Source: a virus. From it: 42,236 bases of DNA. Position numbers and translations under genes: made by a program. Shown here piece by piece: positions 37,692 through 42,236 of the stretch; positions within the stretch are counted from its first letter, which is position 1, and the number at the start of each line of letters is the position of its first letter. Under the pieces are notes generated by a model, which worked only from the letters and a program-made list of their open reading frames with translations, was not told where the DNA came from and did no database searches. Location: the UHGV virus genome UHGV-1360403; one strand, 5' to 3'.

Positions 37692-38006
37692 ATGCTTATT
37701 GGCTATGTACGTGTGTCAACAAATGACCAGAACACAGATCTACAACGTAATGCGCTGAACTGTGCAGGATGCGAGCTGTTTTTTGAAGACAAGATAAGCG
37801 GTACAAAGTCCGAAAGGCCGGGACTGAAAAAACTGCTCAGGACATTATCGGCAGGTGACACTCTGGTTGTCTGGAAGCTGGATCGGCTGGGGCGCAGTGT
37901 GCGGCATCTTGTCGTGCTGGTGGAGGAGTTGTGCGAACAAGGTGTTAATTTTAGTAGTTATGTTATTACAGGTGGGGGATTTCTCCCCCTTATGCAGATT
38001 TTCTAG
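37692..38006 (+). pseudogene. Serine DNA invertase (Gin/Hin/Pin/Cin family), 3'-truncated
   Basis: MLIGYVRVSTNDQNTDLQRNAL...DTLVVWKLDRLGRS...GVNF matches the catalytic domain of Gin-type invertases; similarity stops near 37952 and the ORF ends after an unrelated 17-aa tail; no C-terminal HTH. Confidence 0.75.
37974..37989. repeat. Short GC hairpin at the junction between the invertase remnant and the low-GC island
   Basis: GGGGGA-TTTC-TCCCCC. Confidence 0.4.
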
Positions 38007-38010
38007 TTAA

Positions 38011-38856
38011 CTATTGGCGAAGTGGCCATATTTTTCTGTTTTTTAAAAAACTATCTTCAACTATATAACTGCAACAATGTTCACTAAGGCCATAAAAACT
38101 AATTATTCCATATTTATGAGAAGCTATATCAGACAGTTCTGCTAATACTGTGGCAAGCCAACGAGCGATGCTAAGAGAATAGAATCTTCCCCACTTTTGA
38201 ACAATGGTATTTTGTCCAGTACGGATGGAGGCTGATATAAGGTCTTGCATAATGTTGGTACTTTCATTCATATACATGACCGTTGTATACGGTGAAAGAG
38301 TGGCATTGATAAACCTAGCATTTTCTTCAACACGTCTTTGTTCAACTGTATAATAATAATGTTTTTCAAGGATACTCTCGGCTACTTCTCCCCACCATTT
38401 ATTAATAGGTTCATTATTGGTTAAATTGGGGCTGCTTAATGAGGAGAAATTTGCGTAACGTCCCCGTCGGGCATCAGCAAAGGAATCTAAACATTCAAGT
38501 ATTTTGTAGGTAATTTTATGTGTAGGACGTGAATATCTCAGAGATAGTTGCATTTTTTTAGAAATACTATCAACCTCGTTGGTTAATTCAATGAGCTTAT
38601 GTCCAAATTTTCTTACAATATTCTCATCAGGCATTTTCCCTTTGTGTTCAATGGCATAGTGTGCAACAAGTATTAGTTTAGCAAGTCTCTCAAAACCTAC
38701 AGAAAGCCCAAAAAATGCTGTGTAATATTCACCTATTTTGTCTGCATAATTGGCTTTACCTATGGCTGTTGCCCCAGAACCAATGAGCTGTGTAACTAAA
38801 GATGCTTCTCGGCCCAGAGCGTGCCATGCTGGAATATCCCAGGGATTTTTATTCAC
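38011..38856 (-). CDS. AT-rich cargo protein (281 aa), function unknown
   Basis: Long AT-rich ORF in an AT-rich block that interrupts the invertase; R-x5-H (RYSRPTH) noted but not diagnostic. Confidence 0.55.
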   Translation of the reverse strand: MNKNPWDIPAWHALGREASLVTQLIGSGATAIGKANYADKIGEYYTAFFGLSVGFERLAKLILVAHYAIEHKGKMPDENIVRKFGHKLIELTNEVDSISKKMQLSLRYSRPTHKITYKILECLDSFADARRGRYANFSSLSSPNLTNNEPINKWWGEVAESILEKHYYYTVEQRRVEENARFINATLSPYTTVMYMNESTNIMQDLISASIRTGQNTIVQKWGRFYSLSIARWLATVLAELSDIASHKYGIISFYGLSEHCCSYIVEDSFLKNRKIWPLRQ

Positions 38857-38984
38857 TTTATTATTTTCCTTTGCTCATAAATTTAAATTGTTTGAGTATC
38901 TCATAAAATATAAGGAGATGGTTAAGGTTGTTGATCGCATATAATAGCTATTGAAAGTCAAGAACTCGGTTTTATGTTCTACCA

Positions 38985-39023
38985 CTAATTAATATATTGT
39001 GAGTTTGACAATATATTAATTAG
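38985..39023. repeat. Perfect 16-bp inverted repeat with 7-bp spacer
   Basis: CTAATTAATATATTGT-gagtttg-ACAATATATTAATTAG. Confidence 0.6.
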
Positions 39024-39157
39024 TATGATCAAACCAGCCATCAACTGATTCCTTGTATCTTTCAGAGTCTCCAGAACAAAAGCCTTAACGAATTCCTTAT
39101 TTGTGAGTGCCTTACCAAAAGCCCATTGTTGCAGGGAACGAGTATAAAACTCGCCAG

Positions 39158-39424
39158 CTACTGGAGCAGGCTACCTGATTGTCGATCGATTCCTGCGTCC
39201 ATATAGTCGATGGTCTTCTGGAGCTCTTCGATTAGGGCAATAGCTTTTGCTCGAGAAATGCATATTAGTTGATCCGGAAATTCTTGTAAGGGCCAGTTTG
39301 GTATACAGGCCATGTTATCAGTGAAGGATGCAGACAAGTAAACTTCATTGGTAACTAGGGAATAGCTTACCTCAAAATTGGTGAGTTCCGGCAAACTGCT
39401 AACGTTTGATTCTTTTCTGCGCAT
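39158..39424 (-). CDS. Hypothetical protein (88 aa) in the AT-rich island
   Basis: ORF only; no recognisable motif. Confidence 0.35.
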   Translation of the reverse strand: MRRKESNVSSLPELTNFEVSYSLVTNEVYLSASFTDNMACIPNWPLQEFPDQLICISRAKAIALIEELQKTIDYMDAGIDRQSGSLLQ

Positions 39425-39568
39425 AATATTATCCAGGACTGTAATTATGTACAGTTAATGGTCTTCAATTTCGAAGAGGGAGTCAAGGGGGAGTCTCAAA
39501 TGAACCTTTATAGAAAGGGGAGCTCTTTGTGTTGCTGAACGTATGCAAAATTTTTTTGCACCATAAAT

Positions 39569-39592
39569 TCAATAACACATTCAATAACACAT
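39569..39592. repeat. Tandem 12-bp direct repeat in an AT-rich non-coding region (candidate attP arm site)
   Basis: TCAATAACACAT x2; adjacent GCAAAATTTTTTTGC near-palindrome at 39545-39559. Confidence 0.45.
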
Positions 39593-39894
39593 TACTGCAT
39601 CACCATGAAAATAAATGTATTTTTATTTAATTTCACACATATCACAATTAATACAGCGTTTAGTAATTAGTAAAGACATTTCAATGAATTACCGTTAAAT
39701 CATTTTAAAAATCAGTAAGTTGTATCGAGTTTGTATGCTTTACTGTCATTAACTTACTGTATGTTGATCCAGTGTATTTAACCTTGATAAACTCAGTCCA
39801 GTAACACAAAGCCGCAACACATTGCATTTTGTCCCGTAGAAAAGACTTGTATGTGTGTGCTTGTTTTCTGCGCCTACGCAGATAAGGATTGAGA

Positions 39895-41292
39895 ATGCCG
39901 CGCACTGTAACACATAATCCGGATAGCCCCAATAATGACGATGTTTTAGCCGCATCTGAAAAATGGGACGCCTGTAAACCCCCCTATACCAGCGCACACA
40001 TGAAAATCTGTGTTGCTGCCGCCAAAATCATCCTCGCTGCTTCCGGCGTGGCTCGCCGTTCCAAATACGAAAAAGAGAACTATCTCCGTATCGATTTCAG
40101 CAAAGCCGGTAAGGTTACATTTTACGCCGAGTTTCCAAAAAAGATGGGCCTCAAAGGTAAAAAGCTCGGCGAGTGGCCGGAGCTCGCTATCCAGCTGGCG
40201 CGCGAAAAAGCGCTAGGTATGGCTGACGGTGGCCTGCGGGCAGAGTCCGTACATGCAGCGCTGGAAATGTACCGGGATGACCTCAAAGCCAAAGTCGCCC
40301 GGCAGAAGCTGAGCCCGGACAGTTTCACAACCTACGGGGTGCGTATCGACCGGATTAAAGCAACGTTCGGCGAGCGCGAGGTGTTCAGCGACGTAACATA
40401 CAATCGGCTGGTGGAAGTGCTGGACGAGTGGATCGCTACTCGCTCGAACAATAACGCCCTGGAGTTGTTTGCCGAGCTCCGTCGGTTCTGGAAGTTCTGC
40501 GCACCTACTCTTTGCAACGGCCGCAATGTTGCCGCCAGTCTGCCAGATGATTATGTTTCCTCCCGCGTACAGAAACCTACCCCCACACGGCTTTTTACCG
40601 ATATTGAATCAATCGCCCGACTCTGGCTCAATGTTGCTGCCTGCACCTCTGTACACCAGAAGAATGCTGTTCGCTTCATGATCATCACTGGTGTTCGTCC
40701 GATTAATGTCCATAACCTGCGCTGGGACTACGTTCACGAGGAGGCTGGTGAAATTGTTTATCCGGAAGGGGTTATCGGCATGCGAGGGGCTATGAAAACA
40801 CAAAAGGCTTTCCGCCTGCCGATAACCCCTGAGATCCGGCGGATTATCGACGAGCAGAAAGCCTGGCGTGATTCAGTTCCTGAGTGCAACAGGGATTATG
40901 TATTTTTGCAGCCACGTGATCCAATGCAGCCATTTTCAAAACGATCACTGGATAAGCTGGTGAAAACATACAGCCCGGACGGGGCTGTAAAAGGAATAAA
41001 ACATGATGGGACTGTTAAAGGGAAAGACGGTGCATTTAATACGATGTGCCGTAAATTCCTTAAGAGCAATGTTATTGCCTTGATGAAGGAAAGAGGCTAT
41101 TCCCGCTCAGACCGAAGGGAAATCAGCCTCCTTTGCCTTCACCACTCCAGCAAGTCAGATGACCCGATGGCAGAACATTACGACTTTTCTGATGAGATTT
41201 TACAGGAAGAGATTGCGTTGAAGCGCGAAGCTTTCGAGGCTCACGAGCGGAGCATACTTGCGCAGGTGGCATTGCTACGGCGGCGAGGTTAA
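39895..41292 (+). CDS. int: Tyrosine integrase (P4/CP4-like family)
   Basis: Catalytic-domain pattern ...IITGVRP... (box I Arg), ...MKTQKAFRLP..., ...LLCLHHSSKSDDPMAEHY (His and catalytic Tyr); ATG at 39895 with AAGGA 7 nt upstream. Confidence 0.8.
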   Translation: MPRTVTHNPDSPNNDDVLAASEKWDACKPPYTSAHMKICVAAAKIILAASGVARRSKYEKENYLRIDFSKAGKVTFYAEFPKKMGLKGKKLGEWPELAIQLAREKALGMADGGLRAESVHAALEMYRDDLKAKVARQKLSPDSFTTYGVRIDRIKATFGEREVFSDVTYNRLVEVLDEWIATRSNNNALELFAELRRFWKFCAPTLCNGRNVAASLPDDYVSSRVQKPTPTRLFTDIESIARLWLNVAACTSVHQKNAVRFMIITGVRPINVHNLRWDYVHEEAGEIVYPEGVIGMRGAMKTQKAFRLPITPEIRRIIDEQKAWRDSVPECNRDYVFLQPRDPMQPFSKRSLDKLVKTYSPDGAVKGIKHDGTVKGKDGAFNTMCRKFLKSNVIALMKERGYSRSDRREISLLCLHHSSKSDDPMAEHYDFSDEILQEEIALKREAFEAHERSILAQVALLRRRG

Positions 41293-41489
41293 TACTGGCT
41301 GCGACATTTTTGAATAAAAGCGTCGATATTTCGGCGCTCATAACGAACTACTTTTGCACTGAAACGAATTGGTGCCAGGATAGCCCGATGACGATGCTTA
41401 ATATTCCACTCACATAGCGTTTTCTGTGTAATACCTAACTTTTGGCATACTTCATCCGGGGTGAGTAAATCGTCGGGTTTCTCGCTCAT
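41289..41489 (-). CDS. AlpA/excisionase-like small HTH DNA-binding protein
   Basis: 66 aa; LLTPDEVCQKLGITQKTLCEW HTH; start ATG overlaps the helicase stop (ATGA), stop overlaps the int stop. Confidence 0.6.
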   Translation of the reverse strand: MSEKPDDLLTPDEVCQKLGITQKTLCEWNIKHRHRAILAPIRFSAKVVRYERRNIDAFIQKCRSQY

Positions 41490-42236
41490 GCTATACCTCT
41501 CTTTTTCATGGCATCGAGCAGGATGTCCTGCACTGTTCGTTTTGAGTTGCGCCGCTCCATCACCATTTCATCCATAGTGTCGGCAGCAATAATGTGGTGA
41601 ATAAATACCGGACGATTGTGTCCGGCCTGTATCTGCCTGGTGGGGCCGATACGTTCAATAATTTGCTGATATTGCTCCAGGTCCCACCAGTGTGAGAAAA
41701 ATACCAGTATATTTCCGCCGTCCTGCATGTTCAGGCCGTGGCCCGCGCTGGCTGGGTGTGCAAAGAGAACAGGAATCTTTCCGGAATTCCAGTCGCGCAG
41801 TGTCTGTGGATCCTGGTCGAGGTGACGACCGCGAGGGAATGCTTTAAGCAAGCGTTCAAGATCGTGTTTCCAGTGATAAGCAACCAGCACAGGTGCGCCA
41901 GCTGCTTCGGTCAGTATGCTGTCCAGCGCCTGTAGTTTGGTGTCATGCAGTTCTGACCAACTTCCGGTGTCATCTGTGTATACTGCGCCGCTGGCGATTT
42001 GCAGACACTTCAGTGTCTTTGCCGCGGCGTTCGGTGCTTCGATGCCTTCGCCATTCAGCTCGAGGAACATTTCCTTTTCCATTTCACGATACTGCTGACG
42101 GGCCTTCGGTGGCATATCCACGCGGATTACGTTATGGATGGGGTCTTTGATATCGAACCAGTCGGCCGCATCCAGCGAGAGGGTTACATCGGCTAACGCT
42201 CGCTGTATTTCACCCTGTGAGTGAGCAAAAGGCTCC
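41486..42236 (-). CDS. SNF2-family helicase, C-terminal part (5' portion is 1..644 across the junction)
   Basis: Helicase C-domain motifs (...VLFAHPASAGHGLNMQDGGNILVFFSHWWDLEQYQQ...); reading frame open to the window end and continuous with 1..644. Confidence 0.85.
   Translation of the reverse strand, partial: EPFAHSQGEIQRALADVTLSLDAADWFDIKDPIHNVIRVDMPPKARQQYREMEKEMFLELNGEGIEAPNAAAKTLKCLQIASGAVYTDDTGSWSELHDTKLQALDSILTEAAGAPVLVAYHWKHDLERLLKAFPRGRHLDQDPQTLRDWNSGKIPVLFAHPASAGHGLNMQDGGNILVFFSHWWDLEQYQQIIERIGPTRQIQAGHNRPVFIHHIIAADTMDEMVMERRNSKRTVQDILLDAMKKRGIA

Larger units (their letters stand above)
1..42236. mobile_element. Complete temperate tailed-phage genome (contractile tail), circular or circularly permuted
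   Basis: Full set of lysogeny, replication, lysis, packaging, head, tail and integration genes; helicase ORF split across the window ends joins in frame (codon CT|G). Confidence 0.8.

Noticed and set aside
39889-39894. TTG start at 39889 for the integrase (ORF track)
   Set aside because: The ATG at 39895 is preceded by AAGGA at optimal spacing; the 2-codon extension is unsupported.

Overview
The window reads as one complete temperate tailed-phage genome of about 42.2 kb, most likely from an enterobacterial host (near-lambda R endolysin, Gin/Hin-type invertase). All calls come from reading the supplied ORF translations and the DNA by eye; no database search, HMM or folding was run, so family names are motif-level recognitions and G+C statements are qualitative. 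The first gene (1..644, minus) and last gene (41486..42236, minus) are the N- and C-terminal halves of a single SNF2-type helicase that join in frame across the window ends, so the sequence is a circular or circularly permuted replicon rather than a chromosomal slice. Backbone, in order: a leftward replication operon (uncharacterised 300-aa protein, DUF2800-like nuclease, DUF2815-like ssDNA-binding protein, family-A DNA polymerase, VRR-NUC, helicase); CI-like repressor and divergent Cro-like gene; primase; an iteron palindrome (candidate origin); a Q-like late regulator followed by two tandem terminators; holin, endolysin R, Rz with embedded Rz1; terminase, portal and head genes; contractile tail sheath and tube; a tail chaperone with a -1 frameshift; tape measure; baseplate; a Mu G-segment-like invertible tail-fibre cassette whose invertase is truncated; integrase and an excisionase-like gene. 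The most interesting content is AT-rich cargo inserted into this backbone: two genes carrying related TIR-like domains inside the replication operon, a reverse-oriented membrane protein, a secreted-protein plus HEPN-motif pair with its own terminator in the baseplate operon, and a low-GC island that replaced the 3' end of the invertase. These are candidate prophage-encoded defence or exclusion functions; none is proven here.
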